From contig CAWDMZ010000002.1 in NCBI GenBank assembly GCA_963803555.1, positions 283,052-347,051 of the forward strand: a DNA stretch of 64,000 bases, in the 5' to 3' direction. Below are positions 1 to 10,906 of this stretch, piece after piece. The number at the start of each line of letters is the position of its first letter. The stretch's first letter is position 1. The position numbers and the translations under genes are program-made. Origin of the DNA: an uncultured Alphaproteobacteria bacterium (GTDB taxonomy: Bacteria; Pseudomonadota; Alphaproteobacteria; Micavibrionales; Micavibrionaceae). The notes beneath the pieces were generated by a model that saw only the letters and a program-made list of their open reading frames with translations, did no database searches and had not been told where the DNA came from.

Positions 1-303
1 GGTAATAGAAGAGGTAATCACTATTGCCCTCTTTAAATCTGAGGCAGTGAGCAGTCCACTTTGCATAGCTCTTGCAGGCCCTACCCTCCCAGCCATATCT
101 GTGCCTTTTACTCCATCACCATAATCATTTGCATAATTAGAAAGAACTTGAAACCCCAAAGTAGCGAGGATAGCCAGAATAAATACAAGAGGATCAAATG
201 TGCCCACACCACAAGCCATTGCCCCTCCTACTAAAATTCCAGAGATAGATAATGGTAATGTACGCGGTCTTGCTGCCTGTAGCCAGATCTTAAATGATGG
301 CAT
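1..303 (-). CDS. menA: 1,4-dihydroxy-2-naphthoate polyprenyltransferase (UbiA/MenA family), N-terminal 101 codons; the gene runs off the window start
   Basis: Not in the ORF track because it hits the window edge. The reverse complement of 1-303 starts at ATG (303-301) and reads MPSFKIWLQAARPRTLPLSISGILVGG...LSNYANDYGDGVKGTD..GRVGPARAMQSG with no stop. RPRTLP and the NDxxD prenyltransferase motif are typical of MenA. Confidence 0.6.
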   Translation of the reverse strand, partial: MPSFKIWLQAARPRTLPLSISGILVGGAMACGVGTFDPLVFILAILATLGFQVLSNYANDYGDGVKGTDMAGRVGPARAMQSGLLTASDLKRAIVITSSIT

Positions 304-406
304 AAACTTTTTTTGATTTGAGGCAAAAATAGGCTTTTCCTAATCGTCTTCACTAATGTTCTACATTTGGTGAGTATTTACTAGCTTCGTATTTCAACTT
401 TATATT

Positions 407-2077
407 ATGAAACCAACTATTTTTCTAGTATTCTTACTTTCTGCCATCCTCTTCTTTTCTTGTAAAGAAGAGCCAGCACAACCTGGAGTAATTGCTGCTG
501 CAGACGATCAGCCCTTCTTTTGGGAAGCCGCAAATATGTATTTTCTTCTCACAGATAGATTCAGTAATGGCAATCAAACTAATGATGTTAACTTTGACAG
601 GGATAAAGAAACTGCTATACTCAGAGGATTTATGGGTGGTGATTTAAAAGGCCTTGCAGAAAAAATAGAAGAAGGGTATTTTACAGACCTAGGGATTAAT
701 GCGATATGGTTTACACCAGTGGTAGAGCAAGTACACGGAGCTGTAGATGAAGGGACGGGTGTTACTTACGGATACCACGGTTATTGGACGAAGGATTGGA
801 CGGCCCTAGATCCAAATTTTGGTACCCCCGAGGAGCTTGAAGAAGTAATAGATGCGGCGCACGAGAAAGGTATTCGTATCGTGATGGACGTGGTGCTCAA
901 TCATACTGGACCCGTCACAGAGGAAGACCCTTTCTGGGGCTCAGAATGGGCACGTGAAAATCCCAATTGTGCATTTTCTACCTATGAGAATACTACCGAG
1001 TGTAGTCTAGTGGAAAACCTACCGGACATACGTACGGAATCCGATCAAGAAGTAGAACTTCCTGAAAATCTTGTGGCTAAATGGAAAGAAGAAAATCGCT
1101 ACGATGAAGAGATGGAAGAACTCAACGATTATTTCACCTCAAACAATCTCAAAAGGACCCCACGCAACTATATCATAAAATGGCTTACAGATTATATCAG
1201 GGATTATGGCGTAGATGCTTTTAGAGTAGATACCACAAAGCACGTAGATGAAGCGTCGTGGGTAGCCCTAAGAGCCGCAGCAGATACTGCATTTCAGGAT
1301 TTTAAAGAAAATAACCCTAACAACATTTTGGATAGTAATGAATTCTTTATGTTCGGTGAGGTTTATAACTACTCCGTTGATGGAGGGAGGGAGTATGATT
1401 TTGGAGATCATAAAGTAGATTATTTTGCAAATGGTTTTGATAATCTTATTAATTTTCAATTTAAGTACGACGCTCAAAAATCGTATGAAGAACTTTTCTC
1501 AAAATATTCTGCGATAAATGATTCTGTTTTTAGAGGAAAGAGTTTTGTCAACTACGCCACCTCTCACGATGATGGTCAACCTTTTGACAAAGAACGTTCA
1601 AGAGCTAAGGAAACGGCAACCAAACTTTTGCTTACTACCGGAATCTCCCAAGTTTATTATGGCGATGAGACTGCTCGGGATTTAACAATAGAAGGGGCTA
1701 ATGGCGACGCTACCCTTCGTAGTTTTATGAACTGGGAAGAGCTAGAAAATAAGGACACTGCAGAAATTCTTGAACACTGGCAGAAATTAGGTCGCTTCCG
1801 ACGTGATCATCCATCTGTGGGGGCTGGAATACATACCAAACTAAGTGACGCTCCCTACATTATTGAAAGAAGCTATACCAATGGAACATTTGAAGACAAG
1901 GTGATTATAGGCCTTGACCTACCTGCTGGTAAAAAAGAGATTGAAGTGGGCTACGCTTTCGCGAAAGCGGAAAAACTCACAGACGCATATTCAGGACAGC
2001 AGGTGTCCGTAATAGATGGAAAGGTTATCTTAGATACGCCCTTCGATATTGTGCTCCTAGAGCGTGTACACGACTAA
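407..2077 (+). CDS. GH13 alpha-amylase, lipoprotein
   Basis: All four GH13 conserved regions are present: DVVLNHTG, GVDAFRVDTTKHV, FGEVYN, FVNYATSHD. The N-terminus LFFSC is an SPase-II lipobox. Confidence 0.9.
   Translation: MKPTIFLVFLLSAILFFSCKEEPAQPGVIAAADDQPFFWEAANMYFLLTDRFSNGNQTNDVNFDRDKETAILRGFMGGDLKGLAEKIEEGYFTDLGINAIWFTPVVEQVHGAVDEGTGVTYGYHGYWTKDWTALDPNFGTPEELEEVIDAAHEKGIRIVMDVVLNHTGPVTEEDPFWGSEWARENPNCAFSTYENTTECSLVENLPDIRTESDQEVELPENLVAKWKEENRYDEEMEELNDYFTSNNLKRTPRNYIIKWLTDYIRDYGVDAFRVDTTKHVDEASWVALRAAADTAFQDFKENNPNNILDSNEFFMFGEVYNYSVDGGREYDFGDHKVDYFANGFDNLINFQFKYDAQKSYEELFSKYSAINDSVFRGKSFVNYATSHDDGQPFDKERSRAKETATKLLLTTGISQVYYGDETARDLTIEGANGDATLRSFMNWEELENKDTAEILEHWQKLGRFRRDHPSVGAGIHTKLSDAPYIIERSYTNGTFEDKVIIGLDLPAGKKEIEVGYAFAKAEKLTDAYSGQQVSVIDGKVILDTPFDIVLLERVHD
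1954..1969. repeat. TTTCGCGAAA-core palindromic element, perfect 16-mer CGCTTTCGCGAAAGCG
   Basis: Perfect 16-nt palindrome inside the amylase CDS, translated YAFAKAE. Confidence 0.85.
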
Positions 2078-2079
2078 AA

Positions 2080-2613
2080 TTAAGAATTCAATGTCTCTAA
2101 AAAAGTAGCCAATACTCCGTTTACACCCATAAGCAGCAGCTTATTATTTATGGTATTGGACTGTAAATCAAAGTTATCATAAAATGAAGGAAAGCTAAAG
2201 CTCTCCACCACAGTCGCACCAAAATGTGGTAAGGTACCTTTCATATATTCTAGAGCTCTAGAGCCACCTCGAGTTCCTGGGGATGTGCTCAAAAGCAACA
2301 CCTTCTTATCCGCTAGGTAGTTTCTATCTGCCCGGGAAAGCCAATCCAGAATATTCTTAAAATGCGCCGAGATACTTCCATTGTGTTCATTCACTGCTAT
2401 TACGAGACCTCTATACTTAGAAAGCTGTTGTGCTAGATCCATTATTTCTGATGGTATCCCAATCTTTTCTTCTAGATCAATAGAATACATAGGATACTCC
2501 ATAAAATTCAGATCTATATGAGGAATTTTATCGCCTATCAACAATGTAATTGAATCCAAAAGCCTTTTATTAATAGACTTAGAGCTATTACTTCCGCAGA
2601 GTGTTGCTATCAT
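2080..2613 (-). CDS. NADPH-dependent FMN reductase family protein
   Basis: MIATLCGSNSSKSINKRLL...LVIAVNEHNGSISAHFKNILDWLSR...LLLSTSPGTRGG matches the flavodoxin-like FMN reductase pattern. I prefer the start at Met-18 (2613). The track start at 2664 would overlap the terminator hairpin of the upstream gene. Confidence 0.65.
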   Translation of the reverse strand: MIATLCGSNSSKSINKRLLDSITLLIGDKIPHIDLNFMEYPMYSIDLEEKIGIPSEIMDLAQQLSKYRGLVIAVNEHNGSISAHFKNILDWLSRADRNYLADKKVLLLSTSPGTRGGSRALEYMKGTLPHFGATVVESFSFPSFYDNFDLQSNTINNKLLLMGVNGVLATFLETLNS

Positions 2614-2628
2614 ATCATGTAAAAGTAG

Positions 2629-2660
2629 TAAAAACAAAAAAACCGCCATTGCGGCGGTTT
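2629..2660 (-). terminator. Rho-independent terminator after the 2680-4200 gene
   Basis: On the minus strand, the stem AACCGCC/GGCGGTT is followed by a T-run (plus strand aaaaacaaaaaaaccgccattgcggcggtt). Confidence 0.6.
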
Positions 2661-2679
2661 TCAAATACTATTGAAGGCT

Positions 2680-4200
2680 CTATAAATTAAGACTAAGCGT
2701 TGCCACTATAGAACTATTATCGCCTTGTACATTTGCTCTACTGGTCAGGCCTGTAGTATATAATTGTTGATTTCTATCCTGTGAAAAAGTATCATAAGCT
2801 AGGTCTAACTTTACAGAACCAAAATTATATCCTAACCCTACGGAGTATCCAGTTAGATCACCTACAGTAGTTTTATTTACATACGGACTATCTTCATATC
2901 TATACCCAGCTCTAAGACTCCATTCTTCAAATCTATATTCGCCTCCTAGCTTATAGGATGATACCCCCCTAAGAATATCATCAATTTGATTGTTCTGTGC
3001 ATTAAAGAAGGGATCATTTTCTGGACCAAATGATAGATTAGTAAAATCTCGATAAGAATAATCAAAACTAATGAGACCCTGTACACCAAAAAGATAAGCT
3101 ACACTACCCGTATATTTACCCGGAGTCTTTAAATTATAGTCTTGAAAAATATTAGTAATTCTTGGATCTACATCTGTCGTAAAAGAGCCTATATCATCTA
3201 CTGCCGTAGTACGTATCCTTTGACTATTCTCATCAGAAATTGTAAACCACGTAGGAGAATCGTAAGTAAATCCTAATCTCACATTATCAGCTACTTTACC
3301 TATAGCGCCAAGTTGAAAAGAAAAACCATTACCTAAACTTCTAAGATTGTTTTCAAATCGCACTTGCTGCACAGAAATTTCTCCATCAGATAGTGCACTC
3401 GTAGACTCGTTCAATACGCTAGACTGATTATATTCAAAGAAATGAGAATTTAAATTAATTCCCATATACAGATTATCATTGTACTGCGCGCCAAGGTTAA
3501 AAGAAGCCTTGCCATTATAACCTTCCGATATAAAAGAATACTCTTGATTAAATGACTGCCCACCTATGTTTCCAAAGTATGTTGTGTTATCTAAATCATT
3601 TGTCGCAGGATCAATTATAAATGATTGAAATCCCAGAAGTGCCTGCTGTGCCCCATAACCTTCGTTTTCTCCCAGAAATAAGTAAAGGTCGGAAACAGTT
3701 TCTCCGTCTATTGTTTCTAACAGCTCTAAAGGAACACCTTGCGCAAAGTCAGTAAAATATGTAGAAATCGATGTGTTGCCTAAACCTTGGGCAATAAAGG
3801 AATTGTCCAAATTATTAGTTCTATCATAATTAAAGGCTAGGGTAATCTTTTTCCAATTACTATTAGGCGCTCCGTCAATTACAAAAACACCTCCAGCTTG
3901 GTTTATACTTAGATCTGTATCTGATACATTAGTATTTCCGCCAAAATACGATGTTCTATTATCATAGGTATCTCCAGCGAATGTTATAGATGCACTTCCA
4001 GAAGTAAAAACAGCACTGGCAGCAGGATTATCAGCAATGGCGCTCAGATCGCCTCCAAGGGCTCCAAAGGCACCTCCCATAGCTCTATATCGGGCTGTTC
4101 CAGTCATATTATTGGTTCCAAATCTCACGCCATCAGCGATACTTTGGGAAAAAACCGTACCTGTAGCTATGAAAGCTATTACGTAAAATAAATATTTCAT
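2680..4200 (-). CDS. Outer-membrane beta-barrel protein, FadL/TodX/PorV-like
   Basis: Signal peptide (VFSQS). The N-terminal motif ARYRAMGGAFGALGGDLSAIADNPAA is typical of FadL/PorV-like barrels. The sequence is Gly/Asn/aromatic-rich with alternating beta-strand character and a C-terminal aromatic-rich end. Confidence 0.55.
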   Translation of the reverse strand: MKYLFYVIAFIATGTVFSQSIADGVRFGTNNMTGTARYRAMGGAFGALGGDLSAIADNPAASAVFTSGSASITFAGDTYDNRTSYFGGNTNVSDTDLSINQAGGVFVIDGAPNSNWKKITLAFNYDRTNNLDNSFIAQGLGNTSISTYFTDFAQGVPLELLETIDGETVSDLYLFLGENEGYGAQQALLGFQSFIIDPATNDLDNTTYFGNIGGQSFNQEYSFISEGYNGKASFNLGAQYNDNLYMGINLNSHFFEYNQSSVLNESTSALSDGEISVQQVRFENNLRSLGNGFSFQLGAIGKVADNVRLGFTYDSPTWFTISDENSQRIRTTAVDDIGSFTTDVDPRITNIFQDYNLKTPGKYTGSVAYLFGVQGLISFDYSYRDFTNLSFGPENDPFFNAQNNQIDDILRGVSSYKLGGEYRFEEWSLRAGYRYEDSPYVNKTTVGDLTGYSVGLGYNFGSVKLDLAYDTFSQDRNQQLYTTGLTSRANVQGDNSSIVATLSLNL

Positions 4201-4221
4201 TTTGTTATATTAAAATTGGAT

Positions 4222-5400
4222 TTAACCTCTGCGTCCACCGCTTCTTGGGCTCACAGATCTTGATGAAGAACCAGAACTACCTCTAGATGAGCTTGAAGAA
4301 GATGGTCTAGAATAAGACCCGCTTCTCGAACTACTTGGTCTAGTGGCAGATGGACGAGAGCCATTAGGTCTTGATGACGGTCTACTCGTTGGTCTAGAAT
4401 TTCCACTAGGTCTCGTTCTCGAAGGTCTTGTAGCAGAGGTATTAGGTCTTCCACGTGACGCTCCATCTCTTGATATATTAGGACGACCTCTAGTTACTCC
4501 ATCTCTTGATACATTGGGACGACCTCTGCTCACTCCATCTCTTGAAGATGAAGCTGACGGACGACCTCTGTTCATTCCATTTCTGTAAGCGTTAGATCTT
4601 GAAGAGGGTCTTGCTGTACCTCTATTTCTAGAGTATGTAGAACGATTCCTTGAGGAAACTGCTCTCCCCCCATTATCCCTCAATCTAGATCGAGAGCTAG
4701 CAATTGCACTTCTAGCGTCGCCTCTTCTACCGTTAGAGTAGGCTATCCGCCCGTTATTACGACCCCCTCTTGTGTAAGCAAATCCATTATTTGCAATTCC
4801 ATAATTACAGAATGGACTATTATAGGGAAAGCCTAGACCGTAATATCCTGCAAAAGGGCTGTAAAATCCATTATATGCCCAAGGTGACCAAAGCACACCA
4901 TAGGGTCTGTAGCCCCAACCTCCATAGCCACCCCAGCCAAAATTATTAAAACCATAACCTCCCCAACCAAAGTTGTTAAAACCGAAACCTCCAAATCCAC
5001 CCCATCCTAAATAAGGCGAGTTATTATATATATTTACCTCTACAGTGGCATCATCACCCCAAGCCGCATATCCAGTAGAAGCTTCAAAATTTGTTCCTTC
5101 AACGTAGTATTCTTCAGCAGATTCCGAAGAATAGGAATCTACGTCCGTAAAAATTGCCCCATCATCAGAGATTTCTTCTAACTCAGAAGCTTTCTTTTCA
5201 AAATAATTTTTATAAATCTGATTATCGCTGTTTGTTGTTACTGACTCATCTACTACTTCTGAATAGTCACCACCATTACTATATATACCATCATTATCAT
5301 ATACTCGCTGCGATGAACTACAAGAAACTAAAAAAGCAACCGCTAGAGTAGCCGAAATGTAAGTCGTAATTGATCTTTTATGTGTAGAAGTATTTTCCAT
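4222..5400 (-). CDS. Low-complexity lipoprotein with a Gly/Trp/Tyr/Phe-rich block and an Arg/Ser-rich C-terminal tail
   Basis: Lipobox LVSCSS. Middle segment: GWGGFGGFGFNNFGWGGYGFNNFGWGGYGGWGYRPYG. About 190 aa of R/S/G/N/P-rich tail includes three SRDG(V/A)(S/T)RGRPN repeats. It ends 21 nt upstream of the barrel gene on the same strand. Confidence 0.6.
   Translation of the reverse strand: MENTSTHKRSITTYISATLAVAFLVSCSSSQRVYDNDGIYSNGGDYSEVVDESVTTNSDNQIYKNYFEKKASELEEISDDGAIFTDVDSYSSESAEEYYVEGTNFEASTGYAAWGDDATVEVNIYNNSPYLGWGGFGGFGFNNFGWGGYGFNNFGWGGYGGWGYRPYGVLWSPWAYNGFYSPFAGYYGLGFPYNSPFCNYGIANNGFAYTRGGRNNGRIAYSNGRRGDARSAIASSRSRLRDNGGRAVSSRNRSTYSRNRGTARPSSRSNAYRNGMNRGRPSASSSRDGVSRGRPNVSRDGVTRGRPNISRDGASRGRPNTSATRPSRTRPSGNSRPTSRPSSRPNGSRPSATRPSSSRSGSYSRPSSSSSSRGSSGSSSRSVSPRSGGRRG
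4439..4546. repeat. 36-bp tandem repeat, 3 units plus a degenerate fourth extending to about 4590
   Basis: The unit a(t/c)attaggacgacctct..t.actccatctcttgat repeats head to tail. It encodes SRDGxxRGRPNx in the minus-strand CDS. Confidence 0.75.
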
Positions 5401-5502
5401 ATCTGTAAAGTGTTTTATTGTTGTTCGTAGTAAAAATAGCTAGTTTTGCTTAATTATTTTCACGATAAAATAGACACAATATTTGTGCCAAAGTAAGTAA
5501 TT

Positions 5503-6981
5503 ATGGGCAAGAATTTAACAAAACGAAGCGAAGATTATTCCAAATGGTATAATGAACTGGTGGTTCAAGCTGATCTCGCAGAGAACTCCGCAGTACGAGG
5601 CTGTATGGTTATAAAACCGTATGGCTATGCTATTTGGGAAAAAATGCAAGCAGAGCTAGACCGAATGTTTAAGGAAACTGGTCATGAGAATGCTTACTTT
5701 CCATTATTTGTTCCAAAATCTCTTTTCGAAGCAGAAGAAAAAAATGCTGAAGGCTTCGCCAAAGAATGTGCCATCGTTACTCACTACAGGCTTAAATCAG
5801 ATCCAGATAATGAAGGCAAACTAATCGTTGACCCGAATGCCAAATTAGAAGAGGAGCTCATTGTGCGCCCTACAAGTGAAGCAATTATTTGGAATACTTA
5901 CAAGGGCTGGATTCAATCTTACCGGGACCTTCCATTACTCATTAATCAATGGGCCAATGTCGTACGATGGGAAATGCGTACTAGACTTTTTCTCAGGACA
6001 GCTGAATTTTTATGGCAAGAGGGTCATACAGCTCACGCAACTAAGCAAGAAGCTTTAGACGAAGCGCGACTCATGAATAATGTTTATGCCACATTTGCTG
6101 AGAAATTTTTAGCAATCCCCGTAATTCAGGGCACTAAAACTGAAAGTGAGCGATTTGCTGGTGCAGATGAGACTTTTTGCATTGAAGCCCTTATGCAAGA
6201 TGGCAAAGCGCTACAAGCCGGTACGTCACATTTTTTGGGTCAAAATTTTGCAAAAGCTTTCGATGTTAAGTTTACGTCAAATCAAGGAAAGCAAGAATAT
6301 GTATGGGCAACGTCTTGGGGAGTTTCTACTAGACTTATGGGCGCTCTAATAATGACCCATAGCGATGACCAAGGCCTAGTACTGCCTCCTAATCTGGCTC
6401 CATTTCAAGTGGTAATCGTCCCCATATACAAGGGGGAAGAACAGCTTGCGGCAATTTCGCAGGTTGCAAATGAAATAGCCGATGACTTGCGACTTCACGG
6501 TGTGTCTGTAAAGTATGACAATAGAGACACTCACAAGCCCGGTTGGAAGTTCAATGAGTATGAATTAAAAGGAGTTCCCCTAAGAATTTGTATTGGGCCA
6601 AAAGACCTAGAAAAGCGAACTGTTGAGCTTGCAAGAAGAGATACCCTTACTAAAGAGTTTATTTCTAAAGAAAATGTTGTTCAGGAAGTTGTTTCATTAC
6701 TTAAAGATATTCAAGAAAGTCTATATACAAAAGCAAAAAACTACCGCGACGCTCACATAACAGAAGTAAATAGCTTCGAAGAATTTGAAAGAGTATTAAA
6801 AAACAAAGGCGGATTTATTAGCGCACACTGGGACGAAACCCCTGAAACCGAAACAAAAATAAAAGATTTGACTAAAGCGACCATCCGTTGCATACCAATA
6901 AATAGCAATCCAGAAGACGGGAAATGTGTCTTTTCAGGCGCTCCATCGCCACGAAGAGTGCTGTTTGCAAAGGCTTATTAA
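5503..6981 (+). CDS. proS: Prolyl-tRNA synthetase (archaeal/eukaryote-like short form, 492 aa)
   Basis: Class II aaRS motifs. The start [20 protein letters not shown]...[14 protein letters not shown] and the C-terminal FAKAY end are typical of Bacteroidota ProRS. Confidence 0.93.
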   Translation: MGKNLTKRSEDYSKWYNELVVQADLAENSAVRGCMVIKPYGYAIWEKMQAELDRMFKETGHENAYFPLFVPKSLFEAEEKNAEGFAKECAIVTHYRLKSDPDNEGKLIVDPNAKLEEELIVRPTSEAIIWNTYKGWIQSYRDLPLLINQWANVVRWEMRTRLFLRTAEFLWQEGHTAHATKQEALDEARLMNNVYATFAEKFLAIPVIQGTKTESERFAGADETFCIEALMQDGKALQAGTSHFLGQNFAKAFDVKFTSNQGKQEYVWATSWGVSTRLMGALIMTHSDDQGLVLPPNLAPFQVVIVPIYKGEEQLAAISQVANEIADDLRLHGVSVKYDNRDTHKPGWKFNEYELKGVPLRICIGPKDLEKRTVELARRDTLTKEFISKENVVQEVVSLLKDIQESLYTKAKNYRDAHITEVNSFEEFERVLKNKGGFISAHWDETPETETKIKDLTKATIRCIPINSNPEDGKCVFSGAPSPRRVLFAKAY

Positions 6982-7009
6982 AAAAGATTTAAAAAATTAC
7001 ATTTTTGAT

Positions 7010-7039
7010 TTGCGCGATGTCAAAATAATTGTATTTTTG
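7010..7039 (+). promoter_or_regulatory. Bacteroidota sigma-A type promoter for the tRNA-Glu pair
   Basis: TTG (7010-7012), 19 nt spacer, then TATTTTTG (7032-7039, TAnnTTTG consensus), lying 27 nt upstream of the first tRNA. Confidence 0.45.
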
Positions 7040-7065
7040 CATCCGCAATTTAAGCAATTGTTCTA

Positions 7066-7137
7066 GGCCCGTTCGTCTATCGGCTAGGACGCATGGTTTT
7101 CATCCATGTAAGAGGGGTTCGATTCCCCTACGGGCTA
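7066..7137 (+). tRNA. tRNA-Glu(UUC): tRNA-Glu, anticodon UUC
   Basis: Hand-folded cloverleaf: acceptor GGCCCGT/ACGGGCT, D stem GTCT/GGAC, anticodon stem CATGG/CCATG with loop TT-TTC-AT, T arm AGGGG-TTCGATT-CCCCT. No encoded CCA. Confidence 0.9.
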
Positions 7138-7140
7138 CAA

Positions 7141-7169
7141 AATATTAGAAATATTTTATTTCTAATATT
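7141..7169. other. Perfect AT-rich hairpin in the spacer between the tRNA copies
   Basis: AATATTAGAAATA-TTT-TATTTCTAATATT, with 13-bp arms and a 3-nt loop. Confidence 0.7.
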
Positions 7170-7183
7170 TTCATTTATTTCTA

Positions 7184-7255
7184 GGCCCGTTCGTCTATCG
7201 GCTAGGACGCATGGTTTTCATCCATGTAAGAGGGGTTCGATTCCCCTACGGGCTA
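7184..7255 (+). tRNA. tRNA-Glu(UUC): tRNA-Glu, anticodon UUC (identical second copy)
   Basis: The sequence is identical to 7066-7137; the tandem duplication has a 118-bp period. Confidence 0.9.
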
Positions 7256-7286
7256 CGATTATTTTATAATTATTTAAAAATATATA

Positions 7287-7538
7287 ATGGCAAATCATAA
7301 GTCATCATTAAAGAGGATTAGAAGCAACGAGACAAAGCGTCTTAGAAATCGTTATCAACACAGGACTACTCGTAATGCGATAAAAAAACTGCGTGATTTA
7401 ACTACTAAGAAAGAAGCTGAAGCTCTTTTCCCTGCTGTTATCTCTATGATTGATAAATTAGCGAAGCGTAATATTATTCACGATAATAAGGCCGCTAATT
7501 TAAAATCAAAGTTAGCGAAGCACGTAGCGACTCTTTAA
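7287..7538 (+). CDS. rpsT: 30S ribosomal protein S20
   Basis: [36 protein letters not shown] is the canonical S20 N-terminus. Length is 83 aa. Confidence 0.9.
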   Translation: MANHKSSLKRIRSNETKRLRNRYQHRTTRNAIKKLRDLTTKKEAEALFPAVISMIDKLAKRNIIHDNKAANLKSKLAKHVATL

Positions 7539-7721
7539 TCTAAAATTAACTACAATCGAAATTCCCTTTTATTGAGGGTTGGTTGTAAATTGTTATCCCT
7601 GAATCAATCAGCGATAATTTAGTGTAAATTTTCATTCATTTGAAATTTACTATCAAAGTGTGCTAACCTCTGACGAAATGCGTGAATGTTATCATAACTC
7701 AAAACTTTTAAATCCATAAAA

Positions 7722-8072
7722 ATGGAAGATTTAGTAAAATTTGTTCAGGACGAATTTATCCCGAAAAATGATTTCCCAAAATTCTCAGCTGGAGATACAA
7801 TTACTGTATACTATGAGATTAAGGAAGGGGAAAAAAGCAGAACTCAGTTTTTTAGAGGTGTTGTAATACAACTAAGAGGAACTGGAAGAACGCAAACGTT
7901 TACAATCCGTAAAATGTCTGGTACCGTAGGTGTGGAAAGAGTATTTCCAATTAACTTACCAGCCATTCAGAAAATTGAGATAAACAAAAAAGGTATTGTA
8001 CGTCGTGCACGTATTTACTACTTCAGAGGTCTTACTGGTAAGAAAGCCCGAATTAAAGAAAAAAGAGGGTAG
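7722..8072 (+). CDS. rplS: 50S ribosomal protein L19
   Basis: FSAGDTITVYYEIKEGEKSRTQFFRGVVIQLRG...FTIRKMSGTVGVERVFP is the canonical L19 core. Confidence 0.93.
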   Translation: MEDLVKFVQDEFIPKNDFPKFSAGDTITVYYEIKEGEKSRTQFFRGVVIQLRGTGRTQTFTIRKMSGTVGVERVFPINLPAIQKIEINKKGIVRRARIYYFRGLTGKKARIKEKRG

Positions 8073-8101
8073 TCCTTATCTTTAATTTAAAATTAATTGA
8101 A

Positions 8102-8132
8102 ATCCTCACCATACCTATGGTGGGGATTTTTT
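8102..8132 (+). terminator. Rho-independent terminator after rplS
   Basis: Stem CCTCACCAT/ATGGTGGGG with loop ACCT, followed by TTTTTT. Confidence 0.65.
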
Positions 8133-8452
8133 AGTTTATTCAAGAAGTTTCCAATCATATCTAGGTTTAAAAATCTGGTCTTTGATCTTTTTTTGCCTCA
8201 TTATTAAAGAACTTTACAATTGCCCGAAGACTTGATAATCCCATCGATTAGACTATCAATGAAGCACTACTCCTTTTTTTTATAAAAAAAAGTTACTTCT
8301 ACCCGGAGGAGTTAAAATAAAAATTATTAAATCCAAATCCATCTGCCCTGTTGCAAAATCACTACCACATTTTTTAAAATTTTATGATATTTTAAGAGAA
8401 TTAACTAGGGTTTCATCTGATAGTTACATTGCAAATATGCCTATGTATTGCC

Positions 8453-8460
8453 TATATTTG
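8453..8460 (+). promoter_or_regulatory. Candidate -7 box (TATATTTG) upstream of icd
   Basis: Matches TAnnTTTG, 52 nt upstream of the ATG at 8513. The nearest upstream TTG is 21 nt away, which is not the ideal 19. Confidence 0.3.
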
Positions 8461-8491
8461 CTAGGCTTTAACTTCTCGTAAAAGCTTTTGA

Positions 8492-10735
<2,244 letters not shown>

Positions 10736-10743
10736 GAATTATA

Positions 10744-10761
10744 GGCTTTCGCCAAAATTTT
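10744..10761. repeat. TTTCGCGAAA-core palindromic element, degenerate copy
   Basis: ggctttcgccaaaatttt, 9 nt after the icd stop. It is the reverse complement of the variant at 21700. Confidence 0.5.
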
Positions 10762-10828
10762 AATACTCCAAAATAAGTAGGATGATCTCACATTTTCACG
10801 AAAGTGATCTTCTACAAATTTTTAAAAG

Positions 10829-10855
10829 CCCCTTCAAAAGAAGGGGTTTTTATTT
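10829..10855 (+). terminator. Rho-independent terminator after icd
   Basis: Stem CCCCTTC/GAAGGGG with loop AAAA, followed by TTTTTATTT. Confidence 0.7.
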
Positions 10856-10906
10856 AACATTTATGTCTGCTATTTTGTAATTAGCTTTACGGTATAAAGA
10901 AATATA

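Noticed and set aside
1268-1477. Antisense or out-of-frame ORFs from the track lying inside well-supported genes. Examples: 1268-1477, 8930-9919, 16334-17784, 21007-21219, 26409-26597, 28512-28864, 30385-31474, 36425-37294, 43728-44356, 46078-46338, 51492-52767, 59205-59798, 61962-62219.
   Set aside because: Each is wholly embedded in, or opposite to, a longer ORF with clear family motifs. They have odd low-complexity composition and no independent start or RBS context.
4251-4588. ORFs 4251-4466 (-) and 4343-4588 (+) as separate genes.
   Set aside because: They are alternative readings of the 36-bp-repeat, Arg/Ser-rich region of the 4222-5400 lipoprotein gene. Their repetitive translations are a by-product of the repeat.
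4439-4590. CRISPR array, considering the 36-bp repeats here, the tRNA duplication at 7061-7258 and the scattered palindromes.
   Set aside because: The repeats here are contiguous without spacers and lie in-frame in a CDS. The palindromic elements are dispersed singly over 60 kb. No cas genes are present.
7061-7258. A tRNA-associated integration site or genomic island.
   Set aside because: No integrase, direct repeat of the tRNA 3' end, or foreign-looking gene block follows. Ribosomal protein genes flank the pair.
7539-7721. A ribosomal-protein leader or attenuator upstream of rplS, including the AT hairpin at 7625-7651.
   Set aside because: There is only a weak AT-only hairpin without a T-tract. 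I cannot match it to a known L19 leader from sequence alone.
8274-8291. The perfect 18-bp palindrome TTTTTTTTATAAAAAAAA in the rplS-icd spacer as an origin or regulatory site.
   Set aside because: It is pure A/T and therefore plausible by chance in AT-rich spacer DNA. No DnaA-box-like repeats or flanking conserved features were seen.
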